This document shows, piece after piece, positions 51,954-60,884 of a stretch of 64,000 bases of DNA. The notes below the pieces were generated by a model that was not told the origin of the DNA, made no database searches, and saw only the letters and a list, made by a program, of their open reading frames with translations. Made by a program: the position numbers and the translations under genes. Within the stretch, counting starts at the first letter, position 1; each line of letters begins with the position of its first letter. The DNA is from a virus, in IMG/VR virus record IMGVR_UViG_3300036806_000484, positions 4,821-68,820 of that record. One strand, written 5' to 3'.

Positions 51954-51984
51954 ACAGTAGTCGAGACCGGGCTGTGAGGTCAAG
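51954..51984 (-). promoter_or_regulatory. Promoter TTGACC-N18-TACTGT for the terS operon
   Basis: Identical CTTGACCTCA and the same spacing as the portal promoter. Confidence 0.6.
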
Positions 51985-52059
51985 CCGGATCGGTGCATGC
52001 GAGGGGCAAGTGTAGGGGAAGTCGCGCAGCAATGCCAGTGCCGAGGTTGGGCAAGGTAC

Positions 52060-52089
52060 TTGACGTTGTTCGTATTCTGTTCGTATGAT
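52060..52089 (+). promoter_or_regulatory. Promoter TTGACG-N18-TATGAT with a TGTTCGTA direct repeat (GTTC-N7-GTTC) in the spacer
   Basis: Near-consensus hexamers upstream of the only + strand operon. Confidence 0.7.
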
Positions 52090-52159
52090 TGTGGTGCGTG
52101 GGTGCTGGTCGAGGTGGGCTCGGCCTGACCCGATTCCCGCAAACAGGAGGCTGCATCAA

Positions 52160-52393
52160 ATGAGACTGGACCGCAGCGAGAAGATGGCCCGAGCCTTGGC
52201 GAAAGCCCAAGCCTACGCGGCCTGCAACAAGATGGCCGAGGCGGAGCAGTGGGCACGCAGGCTGGTCGCGTTGCTCGGCCTCGCCGGGATTCTCAATGAC
52301 GACGATAGCGAGATGGACGAGAGAGAGCACGACGACTCGCCCTCGCTGGAAGCTCATCCCGCCGCCGAACACATGAGGGGGTACACCTCGTGA
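52160..52393 (+). CDS. Hypothetical protein
   Basis: AGGAGG SD; 77 aa. Confidence 0.7.
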   Translation: MRLDRSEKMARALAKAQAYAACNKMAEAEQWARRLVALLGLAGILNDDDSEMDEREHDDSPSLEAHPAAEHMRGYTS

Positions 52394-53598
52394 ACCCTAT
52401 CACCATCACGCGCGCCACCATCGTGCCGGATTTCTCGCACACCGAGAACGAGGCGCAGGTGTCGTTCAACGACCGGGACGGCAACGAGCGCACCCTCTAC
52501 ATCACCCTCGAAGAGAGGGAGAATCAGGCGGTCCCCGGCGCGAAGGCTGGGCTCACCATGATCGTGGTCCGCAACAAACCGACGATGTACGCGGAAGACC
52601 TGAAGGAGCGCACAGAGGCGACGGAGGACGAGCGCGCGGAGATGAGTACGCGCGAGCGGCGGCAGGATGGCTGGCCCGCCTACCTCATCACCTTTCGCCA
52701 GGGCGGCAAGGTGACAACGTGGACGCGGTTCTACGCGACGCCACAGGCGGCGGTAGTGGATGCCGTCGAGTTGATGCAGAAAGAATTCCCGGACGGCAAG
52801 GGTGGGACTACGGCTGACCTGATGGGCGTGCACCCCGAGCGCGCTGACATCTGCGAAGGCTGCGGCAAGCAAGTCGAGCCGCCTGCCATTCGCTGGTGCG
52901 CGGCCTGCCGTGGCGCCGACAACGAGGTGGCTTGCCCGAGGAACGACCCGAGCTGCACCAGCGGCGACGACGAGAACCACGACGCCTGCGAGGCGCCGAA
53001 GCCCGGCACGATGTACGTCGTGCATTTTAAGACCCGACACGAGGAAGGGCTCGCGACCGTCCACGCCAGCGAGGACAATGCGGACGACGAGGCCGACTCG
53101 ATGGCGAACAAGTGGGCGGCGGAAGACGCGCAGCACAAAGACGTCGAGGCGACCGCCGCCGAGTTGGAGGACTACTGGACCGAGACGTGCGACCGAGGCT
53201 CCTACTGCCGCTCGGGCGGCGACGAGTGCATCTGGGTCGAGCCGGTGGACGCGGGCGAGGACCTTCTGGTGGTAATGGCATCGGCCGAGGACAAACCCGA
53301 GCCGCCGAACATCACCGAGAACGGCATCGAGTGGGCGCCTAACGGCCACTTCGCCACAGGGCTGGACCCGTACAGCCGCCTGCTCGCCACGCTGGCGACC
53401 TGCCCGGTGTTCGCTGGGACCCAGATGCACCTCGAAGCCATTGAGGTAGGGGACAACGACGAGCTGGAACAGGTCGCGGTGAACCCGCAGCTTCGCGACG
53501 AACTCGACCACCTCCAGTCGGTCAACAACAACACCTTCCAGACCACGCGCATCGGAGGGCGGGAGTATGTCGTGTACGCGCTCCCGCACGGCGCATGA
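52390..53598 (+). CDS. Acidic mosaic hypothetical protein with Cys clusters
   Basis: 402 aa, strong GC3 bias; CEGC..CAAC..C..C..HDAC. Confidence 0.75.
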   Translation: MNPITITRATIVPDFSHTENEAQVSFNDRDGNERTLYITLEERENQAVPGAKAGLTMIVVRNKPTMYAEDLKERTEATEDERAEMSTRERRQDGWPAYLITFRQGGKVTTWTRFYATPQAAVVDAVELMQKEFPDGKGGTTADLMGVHPERADICEGCGKQVEPPAIRWCAACRGADNEVACPRNDPSCTSGDDENHDACEAPKPGTMYVVHFKTRHEEGLATVHASEDNADDEADSMANKWAAEDAQHKDVEATAAELEDYWTETCDRGSYCRSGGDECIWVEPVDAGEDLLVVMASAEDKPEPPNITENGIEWAPNGHFATGLDPYSRLLATLATCPVFAGTQMHLEAIEVGDNDELEQVAVNPQLRDELDHLQSVNNNTFQTTRIGGREYVVYALPHGA

Positions 53599-53759
53599 TG
53601 GCCATCGCGATCGTTCTCATGGCGCTGCTGCTCGCCATCCGCGCCATCACCGCGCCGCGCTTCGGCCGCGGCGACTACGCTCTCCTGACGCTCCTGATCC
53701 TTGTCGTGGCCGTAGCGGTGTTCACGGCTCCCACACCAGCACCGGGGTACATCCCATGA
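53595..53759 (+). CDS. Small two-TM membrane protein
   Basis: MMAIAIVLMALLLAIRAITAPRFGRGDYALLTLLILVVAVAVFTAPTPAPGYIP; ATGA overlaps at both ends. Confidence 0.55.
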   Translation: MMAIAIVLMALLLAIRAITAPRFGRGDYALLTLLILVVAVAVFTAPTPAPGYIP

Positions 53760-54580
53760 AGCCGCTCAGCCTGCTTCCAACATCCGCGTTCTCCTTCCAC
53801 CCCGGCGACGATGCGCGTCGCCGGTCCACGGGCGAGCGCGTCCACGTCCTCGCCGTCTGCACCGCGAAGGGCGACCCGAAGCCCTACTACGTCAGTCGGG
53901 ATCCCGAGCACGCGCAGCAGGAGCGCGTCCGGGCGTCCGACCTGGAGCCGTTGGCCGCAGCTCGCGGGCCGGGAACGATCCTGACCATCGTACTGCCAAA
54001 CGGCGACGATGTGCGCCTGCGTGCCTACGTCGGCGCCTGGCGTGCGCTGCTGGACATGCCATCCGAGATAAGGGCTGGGCGCACCTTCCTCGGCTGGAGC
54101 CACTTTGCGGAGGATGGCGAGGTCATCCTGCGCGAGATGCGTCGGGGCATGGACGAGAGAATCAACCGCCACGTCCCCGGCTACGGCGTGGGAAAGAAGT
54201 GGGGCTCGGACTACTTCCACGCCTGCCTGCGCGACGCCACGCGCCTCAACAGCCGCACCGTGATCCATCGATTCGAGACCGAGGCGGCGCGCCTGCGCTT
54301 CCCCGACCGCGAGATGTACCCCGGCAACGTGAACCCGGGCCGGCTGCTCGCGCGCGACCTGCGGAGGATCCGCGCGGCAGTCGAGGCGGCAAAGCCCATC
54401 GGCAAGATGATCGCCGGTCTGGCGCTGGCCGCGATGCTCTTCACCGGGTGTGCCAGCCCCGCCGAGCCGTGCACGCTCAGGAACGCGACGTGGGTTGACA
54501 CCCTCGCCACCTGGCCGACCGGGCAGCCGGCGGCGCTCAGCTTCGGCTGTGGCGCCGAACCTCGGAGGATTGCACCATGA
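53756..54580 (+). CDS. Hypothetical protein with an internal lipobox-like segment near the C-terminus
   Basis: ATGA-coupled; MIAGLALAAMLFTGC. Confidence 0.6.
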   Translation: MKPLSLLPTSAFSFHPGDDARRRSTGERVHVLAVCTAKGDPKPYYVSRDPEHAQQERVRASDLEPLAAARGPGTILTIVLPNGDDVRLRAYVGAWRALLDMPSEIRAGRTFLGWSHFAEDGEVILREMRRGMDERINRHVPGYGVGKKWGSDYFHACLRDATRLNSRTVIHRFETEAARLRFPDREMYPGNVNPGRLLARDLRRIRAAVEAAKPIGKMIAGLALAAMLFTGCASPAEPCTLRNATWVDTLATWPTGQPAALSFGCGAEPRRIAP

Positions 54581-54852
54581 GGCACACGCCGGGACCACTG
54601 CTGGCCTGCCCCTACCTCAACGCATTTGGCTCCTATCCGATCAAGACCGTGGCCGGGGGAGACACGCCACACAACCCTAACGTCGGGAGCGCGCGGCGGA
54701 TGGAGGACGCGCGGCTGTTCGCCGCTGCGCCGGAACTCCTCGAATTGGTACGCCAATTTCTTGCCGCCCACCCATGCGACCTGCACCAATGCGCCAATGA
54801 AACCTGCCTCGCCGTCAGGGCCCGCGCCGCACTGGCGAAGGTGGACGCATGA
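54577..54852 (+). CDS. Hypothetical phage protein
   Basis: HTPGP...DARLFAAAPELLE...ARAALAK, a common small phage protein pattern. Confidence 0.75.
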   Translation: MRHTPGPLLACPYLNAFGSYPIKTVAGGDTPHNPNVGSARRMEDARLFAAAPELLELVRQFLAAHPCDLHQCANETCLAVRARAALAKVDA

Positions 54853-54931
54853 GGCGCCTCAAGATTGCCGCGTCAATCACCTTGGGCGCGGCTGCCTTCG
54901 GCTGGCTGGTGTACGTCGCCTGGAGGCTCCT

Positions 54932-55171
54932 GTGAGCGCGACATGGCCCGGATCGGTGATCGCGCACGGCGCGCTGCTCAACAGCATCGAAGCCGAGATG
55001 GCCGAAGCCGAGGAGAAGGCATGGGACAGTCTCGGACGGTACAAGTTCCAGATGTTCGGCTACTGGGCCGCGATCTGGGTGCATCTCAACCGGCTCGGCG
55101 GATTCCGGCGTCCGAACCCCTTTACCACCATCGTTGCCGCCGCGCGCAACCGGCCGAGGAGCCATCTATGA
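54932..55171 (+). CDS. Hypothetical protein
   Basis: GGAGG SD before GTG; AW.SL.RYKF.MFGYWAA.WVHLN. Confidence 0.65.
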   Translation: MSATWPGSVIAHGALLNSIEAEMAEAEEKAWDSLGRYKFQMFGYWAAIWVHLNRLGGFRRPNPFTTIVAAARNRPRSHL

Positions 55172-55205
55172 GCCGCAACCTCGACCACTTCGGCCAGGAG
55201 GCAGC

Positions 55206-55526
55206 ATGACCAGCAAGGAACTTGTGGCGGCGCTCGAGCGCGCAGGTATGACGCAGGCCGAACTCGCCACGCGGCTGGGCGTCACGCTGCGGTATGTGCA
55301 GCGGTGGGTCGCGGCTGGCGTACCAGGGAAGTGGGCAGCGCGGTCCGTGGCGGCGATCCGCACTAGGCCGCGGATACTGCTCAACCGGGCGGAGCGCATC
55401 AGGGTCGCGGAACTACTGGATAAGATCACCGACCCGACGACACCGTGGAACCAAGGCGATCAGCGGGACTCCAAGCGGCTGCGCGACAAGATCAAGGCCA
55501 GCGTCGGAGGCGTGATGGCCGACTAG
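55206..55526 (+). CDS. XRE/Cro-family HTH protein
   Basis: GMTQAELATRLGVTLRYVQRW; AGGAGG SD. Confidence 0.85.
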   Translation: MTSKELVAALERAGMTQAELATRLGVTLRYVQRWVAAGVPGKWAARSVAAIRTRPRILLNRAERIRVAELLDKITDPTTPWNQGDQRDSKRLRDKIKASVGGVMAD

Positions 55527-55549
55527 GACTGGACGGCGAGTGACTCCGG

Positions 55550-55588
55550 GAGATGCCGCAGGGGACGCGCCTTGCGGCATTTCTCTTG
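55550..55588 (+). terminator. Hairpin terminator between convergent operons
   Basis: GAGATGCCGCAGG...CCTTGCGGCATTTC followed by TCTT. Confidence 0.6.
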
Positions 55589-55657
55589 TCAGGGGTGTTC
55601 GCTGGGTGCAGAGCCTCGCCACGGCATCCCGCTTGAACGACGTTGTGCGAGCGACCG

Positions 55658-57171
55658 TTAGGCGGGATTGTTCCGTAGCAGGCTGTCCGCAGCAACGATC
55701 CGTCGGCCAATCCACTCCGCGACATTCTTCACCACGCCGTTGCCGATCATCCGGTAGCGGGGCGAGTCCTTCATTCCGTTCACGTCCGTCCAGCCCCGGG
55801 GCCAGCCCATCAGTGTTTCGCATTCAGAGGGCGTTAGGCGACGGGGAATGATGGTCTGACTAAACACGGTCCCCGGATCGCCATTGCGACGTGTAAGCGG
55901 CGGGACGCCAGGGAGACTCAGTCCGAGCGCCGTGTCGCCTGCGGTATTCGCGAACACTCGCGGTTCGTCGGCAAGCAGAACGGCGACGTTGCCTGTCGTA
56001 TTCAATGGCGGCGCTTCCGCTGTCGGGTGCGAGCGGTTGGCCTTGCTGGTGATCTGGGCGAGGTCCACCGCAACAATCGGCGTTCCTCTGCCGGTCCCAT
56101 CTTCCGAGGCGTCGAAGCCTTCCCCGCACAACGTGTGGGCGACCAGGTTTTGCGCTTCATCCACTGATGGCCCTCCCGTGCCTTTCGCCATCTTCGACGT
56201 GAGGCGGGGACGCAGGAGGGGACGTAGGTGTCGCCATCCAAGTCGCCGCGGAAACCGCCCGTCTGATTCGAGCCTAACGGGTTGGCGATCTCCGGCATGA
56301 TGCCGTGCTGCTTCCCCGCTTGCAGCGTGAACATCGGGTCGCCAGGCTCGCCTATCCCGCATCCGTTGCGTCCCTCGCCGCCGCTCGCCGTTCGAGCGCC
56401 GACTTCAAGGACGGGGGTAACGCCTTCCCCCGTCGTTCGGCGCGGCGCAGAATCCCCCGACACGCTTTCGGGCTCAAGCAGTATTTCGGGTCGGGGCACT
56501 CTTCCAGTACCTGCGACAACGAACACACGCGCACGTCGCTGGGCCACGCCGAACCATTGAGCGTCCAGCACGCGCCAGACGCACCAGCGCAGCGGGCCGA
56601 CGCAGACGCCAGCCGAGCGCCACCCTTCTTCAGGAACGGCGGGCCGGAAGCCGGTGAAGCCCTCCAGGCAAACGGCGAAGTCGGAGCCAGCGGCGTCGCG
56701 CTGGTGCTCTTGGAGAAGGCTTGAGGCTGCGGCGACTTCGGCCTCGCGTCGCTCGGAATCCTTGAATCGGCGCACGAAGTCAGTCGCTGCCTCGCACTCA
56801 ACACATCCGCACCGCCCGCTCGACAGAGCGCCATCGACGTTCTCCCACAGAATCCAATCGGGAGCGAGCCAATCAGCGAGGCGTATGAACTCGAAGAACA
56901 ATCCGGACCTTGCGCCATCCAGTCCCGCACGGCGTCCAGCCACCGAGAGGTCTTGGCAGGGGGTTCCGCCGGCGAGGAGCTGAACAGGTTCAAGTCCGTC
57001 ATGATCGGCTAGCCCTTCGAGATTGTCGTAGATGCTCACGCCGGGGAAGCGATGGCTGAGCACGGTGCGGCATTGCGCGTCCTTCTCGCAGAGCCACGCC
57101 AACGAGAAGCCCGCAGCCTCGAGCCCCATGTCCATCCCGCCGACGCCGGAACAGACGGAACCGAGTTTCAA
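55658..57171 (-). CDS. C5-cytosine DNA methyltransferase, frameshifted near 56200-56225
   Basis: Frame 1 from TTG 57171: SVCSGVGG (motif I), GGTPCQDLS (IV), WENV (VI), AQRRARVF (VIII). Frame 2: RRLTPSECETLMGWP (IX), RMIGNGV (X). Confidence 0.85.
56352..57002 (-). CDS. Nested out-of-frame gene inside the C5-MTase (M.EcoHK31I beta-like arrangement)
   Basis: 216-aa ORF ending SLSQVLE...KYCLSPKACRGILRRAERRGK.LP..LK.AL. Confidence 0.7.
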   Translation of the reverse strand: MTDLNLFSSSPAEPPAKTSRWLDAVRDWMAQGPDCSSSSYASLIGSLPIGFCGRTSMALCRAGGADVLSARQRLTSCADSRIPSDARPKSPQPQAFSKSTSATPLAPTSPFAWRASPASGPPFLKKGGARLASASARCAGASGACWTLNGSAWPSDVRVCSLSQVLEECPDPKYCLSPKACRGILRRAERRGKALPPSLKSALERRAAARDATDAG

Positions 57172-57572
57172 ACGAGCGTTTCCTGCTGCTCGCCGACCGG
57201 CGTGACCGTCACCCAAACGCCCGGCTCGCCGCCATCGACGCGCTCAGCGACGATGCGCACCACCTGGCTGTCGTTCTCGAAGGCCAGATGCTGGAGTGAG
57301 TCCTCGAGCACCTTGATGCGGTTGGAGAGGTCGCCCGACCGAATCTTCCGGTGCCAGACGATGCCGAGCTCGATCGGCCCTTCGAGTGGCCGACGCTGCA
57401 AACCGAATACACGCCGGAACGCCGACTGCACCGCGACCTTGTACGCCTCGGCCTCGTCGGTGAGAATGACGAACGCGCGGAATCCCCCGCCCTTCTTTGG
57501 CCGCACCACGGCGCGCCAGTAGGCGTTGTTGCTCGGCGGGACCGGTAGAAAGATTTTCAGCGATCCCACCAC
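57168..57572 (-). CDS. rusA: RusA-like Holliday junction resolvase
   Basis: LPVPPSNNAYWR, DLSNRIKVLEDSL, ENDSQV. Confidence 0.9.
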   Translation of the reverse strand: MVGSLKIFLPVPPSNNAYWRAVVRPKKGGGFRAFVILTDEAEAYKVAVQSAFRRVFGLQRRPLEGPIELGIVWHRKIRSGDLSNRIKVLEDSLQHLAFENDSQVVRIVAERVDGGEPGVWVTVTPVGEQQETLV

Positions 57573-57604
57573 AGCCCCGGCGCCTGCGCGGCGCGCTGAA
57601 GGTC

Positions 57605-58312
57605 TCACCGCGGCCACGATCGATCCTCGTGCTTGTCGTCGCCCTTGGCCTTCCAGTGCGCGTTGACGCCATCGCGCCAAGTGGCGTACCACTCGACTTG
57701 CTGCGCGTGCAGCTGGGGCAAGGTGAACTGGCGCAGGTGCTGAAACTGAATGGCCTGTTGCCTGGCCACCAGGCAGGAGAGTAGTGCGTCGGTCCTGGCG
57801 TCGTGCCAGCCAAGCGCCTTGGCCGTCGTCTCGGCGCGATCGAAAAGGTACTGCGGCGCCACGTCGGCGAGCTTTCGCGAACCCTTCCGGTACTGGTCGC
57901 AGTGTCGATCGATGAGCAGCGGGTCGATGATGTGCGCCCGCATCGCCACCTCAAGCACGCCGGCGCGGCAGATCTCCTCGTACAGCACAGTCCAGTCGTA
58001 AGGGGCGTTGTAGATCACCACCGGCACGGCGCGCGGGAAGGCCCAAGCGAGGGACGTGCCGATGGTCCGCAGCAGCGGGCTGAGGTCGATGCCCTCGGCG
58101 TTGGCCTGCTCGGTGGTGACGTGGTGGATCCCGGTGGCTTCGGCCGGAATGGGCTGCGCCTGCTTCACGAGCTGGTACCATGACTTTATTACCTGGCCGG
58201 CTCCATTGACCACGACCAGGGCGGCCGAGACGATACGCGCGACCTCCGGCAGCTTGTCGGTAGTTTCAAAATCAAGTCCGAGAAATCTCCGCTCATACCA
58301 CGGCACCGGCAT
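57605..58312 (-). CDS. DEDDh 3'-5' exonuclease (DnaQ-like)
   Basis: LDFETT, YNAPYD, HDARTDA. Confidence 0.9.
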   Translation of the reverse strand: MPVPWYERRFLGLDFETTDKLPEVARIVSAALVVVNGAGQVIKSWYQLVKQAQPIPAEATGIHHVTTEQANAEGIDLSPLLRTIGTSLAWAFPRAVPVVIYNAPYDWTVLYEEICRAGVLEVAMRAHIIDPLLIDRHCDQYRKGSRKLADVAPQYLFDRAETTAKALGWHDARTDALLSCLVARQQAIQFQHLRQFTLPQLHAQQVEWYATWRDGVNAHWKAKGDDKHEDRSWPR

Positions 58313-58555
58313 TTACCTCGGCACCTTGCGCTTGAACCTGCTGATCTTCCATGTCCCGTGGCGTATCGCATCGCGCAGGTTGTCGGTCCTAGTCCCGTAC
58401 TCAAGGTTATCGGCGGTGTTGTTCGTGCGCGTGCCGTCCTTGTGGCGCACCTCCTGGCCTTGTGGGCAGGGACCGATGAACGCTGCGGCTACGAGGGAAT
58501 GGACTGTGCGTGAGTGACCGCGCCCCAGATGGCTAGTGCAGGTGCGGCTACTCAC
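58313..58555 (-). CDS. Minimal or truncated HNH endonuclease
   Basis: VHSLVAAAFIGP.P...VRHKDG...NN.ADNLEYGT..DN. Confidence 0.75.
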   Translation of the reverse strand: MSSRTCTSHLGRGHSRTVHSLVAAAFIGPCPQGQEVRHKDGTRTNNTADNLEYGTRTDNLRDAIRHGTWKISRFKRKVPR

Positions 58556-59964
58556 GCGTCGCCTTTCTGGTCGCTGGGGCTCGGCGCGACCGCGCCAAAT
58601 GCCTCGTCCATCTGGCGCTGTAACTCGTGTTCGTTCGGACCCTTTGCCACGACACTCCGATACTGCGCCTGTTGCGCGACGGTTAGGCAGGGACCGGCGC
58701 CGATCTCGTCGCGATCGCCGCAGTAGATGCAGAGTCCGCGTGGGCTGAAACTATGATTGCCGTCCGAGTCGGCGGAGGCAGGACTCACTTGCCGGGCTCT
58801 TACCGGCGACTCGGCTTCATCCTTCGGGGTGCTGGTGGGGCTCGACACGGAGCCGCCTAGCGGGAGAAAGAGGTCTGAGCCTAAGCCTAGCGCCTGCGAC
58901 TTGGCATTGAACGTGTCGCGTACCGCGTCGCCAAGATCAATGCCTTGGCTGGCCGCTGTGAGGTCGGCGTAGATCACCACGTCGGCCAGCTCAGCGCGCA
59001 GCTTTGCTCGCAGCGCATCGAGGTCGGTATCGGTGCCCTGATTGCCCCCCGTTGCGTCCCGGTGGCGAATCATCTTCTTGGCGATGTTGGCCGCTTCGCC
59101 CGCCTCGCCGCACATGGCGTTCGTCCACTCCGCCACCGACCAACTATCCAGCCGATGCTTGAAGCCATTGTAGCACCGATCGACGTTGACCATGCGGAGC
59201 ATCGAGAAAAACAAGTCATTCTCGGGCAGCGTTGCTCCTGCTTCGTCTCTCGGGGAGCCAGAACCTAACGAGAGGCCGTAGGCTCGCAGCACGTCACCTA
59301 GGACGTAGCCCACGGGGTGCCGGTAGCCAAGATCGCGGTGATAGTCCAGCGTCTTGCAAGCGGCCAGCCATTCTGGGCTGTGGTCGAAGCGTTCCTTCTC
59401 TGGCGTCTGTGGGGCTTCGGGACTCGGGGAGCGCACACCAGACGCGATTTTACTGAGAATGCCGAAGCGGCGCTGCCACGATTCGGAACAATCGTCGCAG
59501 CACTTCTTGGCGGGCTCAACTTGTGTGGCGCAGTAGCTTGCCAGCGAGGCCATCTCTAGCTGCTCGTCGTCGGTCAACGGCGCCGTTTGGGGGCTTGGGG
59601 AGACGGAACCTAACGCCCGCAACGCTTTGTATCCGGCACGCAGCCCAGCGCCGATTAGCAGGTCATGGTCATAGTCGGGCTGCGCTGGAACCGACATCGT
59701 GAAGCGGGTGCCATCGCACAGCGCGGCCAACGCCTCACTCGCGCTGTCGAGTTTCTCTTTCAGATTCTCAGCGTCGACTCGTGGTCCCTCGGAGAGCGCA
59801 CGCAACAGAGCAGCGATAGTCTCGTCGCGCTCAGCGTAGGCGTCCTCAACACGGGCCGCAGGCTCGTTTCTCGATGCTCTAGCATGTTCGGCTGAGCGAC
59901 GATGGGCGTGCGCTTCCTCGTCCATGTGGCGGGCGAGCCGTTCGTGGGCGGGGCGGTCAGCCAT
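58552..59964 (-). CDS. Mosaic protein containing a MazG-like nucleotide pyrophosphohydrolase domain
   Basis: GEAGEAANIAKK...ELADVVIYADL....GIDL..AV..TFN; Ser/Pro linkers separate short modules. Confidence 0.75.
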   Translation of the reverse strand: MADRPAHERLARHMDEEAHAHRRSAEHARASRNEPAARVEDAYAERDETIAALLRALSEGPRVDAENLKEKLDSASEALAALCDGTRFTMSVPAQPDYDHDLLIGAGLRAGYKALRALGSVSPSPQTAPLTDDEQLEMASLASYCATQVEPAKKCCDDCSESWQRRFGILSKIASGVRSPSPEAPQTPEKERFDHSPEWLAACKTLDYHRDLGYRHPVGYVLGDVLRAYGLSLGSGSPRDEAGATLPENDLFFSMLRMVNVDRCYNGFKHRLDSWSVAEWTNAMCGEAGEAANIAKKMIRHRDATGGNQGTDTDLDALRAKLRAELADVVIYADLTAASQGIDLGDAVRDTFNAKSQALGLGSDLFLPLGGSVSSPTSTPKDEAESPVRARQVSPASADSDGNHSFSPRGLCIYCGDRDEIGAGPCLTVAQQAQYRSVVAKGPNEHELQRQMDEAFGAVAPSPSDQKGDA

Positions 59965-60247
59965 CGTGCGCGCTCCCTTGCTTTGGGCCCGGCGCGATTT
60001 CGATGACTTCTGCGTTCGCGGGATTGAATGGTGGCGCTCCAGCGCCTAACGCCTGCATCCGTCGCTCGATGGCATCTAGCACCAGTGGCCCTGAGACAGC
60101 CGAGAAGATCATGCCTCGCTGCTCGCCGTGGAGATAGACGGCTTCGGCGCACTCCGCAAGAACCGCAAGCTGTGCAACCCGCGATTCCTCGACCGACTCG
60201 CAGCGGAGTCGGACGTATCCGGTCCCGGACATGCGTTCAACTTTCAT
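59957..60247 (-). CDS. Hypothetical protein
   Basis: 96-aa ORF in the operon. Confidence 0.5.
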   Translation of the reverse strand: MKVERMSGTGYVRLRCESVEESRVAQLAVLAECAEAVYLHGEQRGMIFSAVSGPLVLDAIERRMQALGAGAPPFNPANAEVIEIAPGPKQGSAHDG

Positions 60248-60286
60248 CGTGCGGCCTATCCTGGTTGGAGGTCGGGGCTTCCGCGG

Positions 60287-60421
60287 CTAGTCGGTGCAGC
60301 AGTTGCAAGTCGTCTTGCAATCGTCGTCGATCTCACACCGGTACGGGCAGATGTGCGGGTCTACGGCAAGACGCTTCCCACAGGATTGGCACGTTTCCGC
60401 CGCAGCCTTCTTGGGGCTCAT
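60287..60421 (-). CDS. Small Cys-rich protein, possibly truncated
   Basis: CQSCG..HICPY..EIDDD..T.CNCC; GGAG SD. Confidence 0.5.
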   Translation of the reverse strand: MSPKKAAAETCQSCGKRLAVDPHICPYRCEIDDDCKTTCNCCTD

Positions 60422-60492
60422 GGAGCTCTCCGATCTACGCGGTACGCTGCACGCAACGCCTTTCGTAATTCTTCGTCGGTCACTCCGCACTC

Positions 60493-60714
60493 TCATGTAC
60501 CGGCAGCGTCCGCCGCTGCATCGAACGCCGCCTCACTCGGTTCGTCGGGGAGCGTCGCGTCCTGTCCCCCAGAGCGCAGCAGGGCGGCCGCGAGTCGATC
60601 ATAGATCACCTTCGCCACGGGCTCGGCAATCGGGACGCCCACCGACTCGGCGAAGCCTTCGATGTACGCGAGCGTTTCACGGGCCCATGCTTCGCCTTCG
60701 GGGTGCGCGCTCAC
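60493..60714 (-). CDS. Hypothetical protein
   Basis: GGAGG SD plus GTGA coupling. Confidence 0.55.
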   Translation of the reverse strand: MSAHPEGEAWARETLAYIEGFAESVGVPIAEPVAKVIYDRLAAALLRSGGQDATLPDEPSEAAFDAAADAAGT

Positions 60715-60884
60715 GCCTCCGCCTTTCGCATGTAGTTGCGACTCGTGAACACCTCGAAGCCATCCTCGAAGCGCACCCAGCAAGTATTCAGCTTCCCGCG
60801 TGCCAGCACGGCGCACCGGGAGCCGAACCGCTCGGGGAATCGCGTCCGCACGCGCCAGACGTAGGGGTAGGGGTGCGCGCTCAC
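60711..60884 (-). CDS. Small hypothetical protein
   Basis: YVWR...ERFG..C.VLARGK.NT..VRFEDG....TSRN; GGAGG SD. Confidence 0.65.
   Translation of the reverse strand: MSAHPYPYVWRVRTRFPERFGSRCAVLARGKLNTCWVRFEDGFEVFTSRNYMRKAEA

Noticed and set aside
260-51960. Numerous long + strand ORFs (e.g. 1383..3140, 21062..23548, 32736..34109)
   Set aside because: Antisense shadows of high-GC genes, Arg/Pro-rich and without motifs; only the HNH at 27352 is credible.
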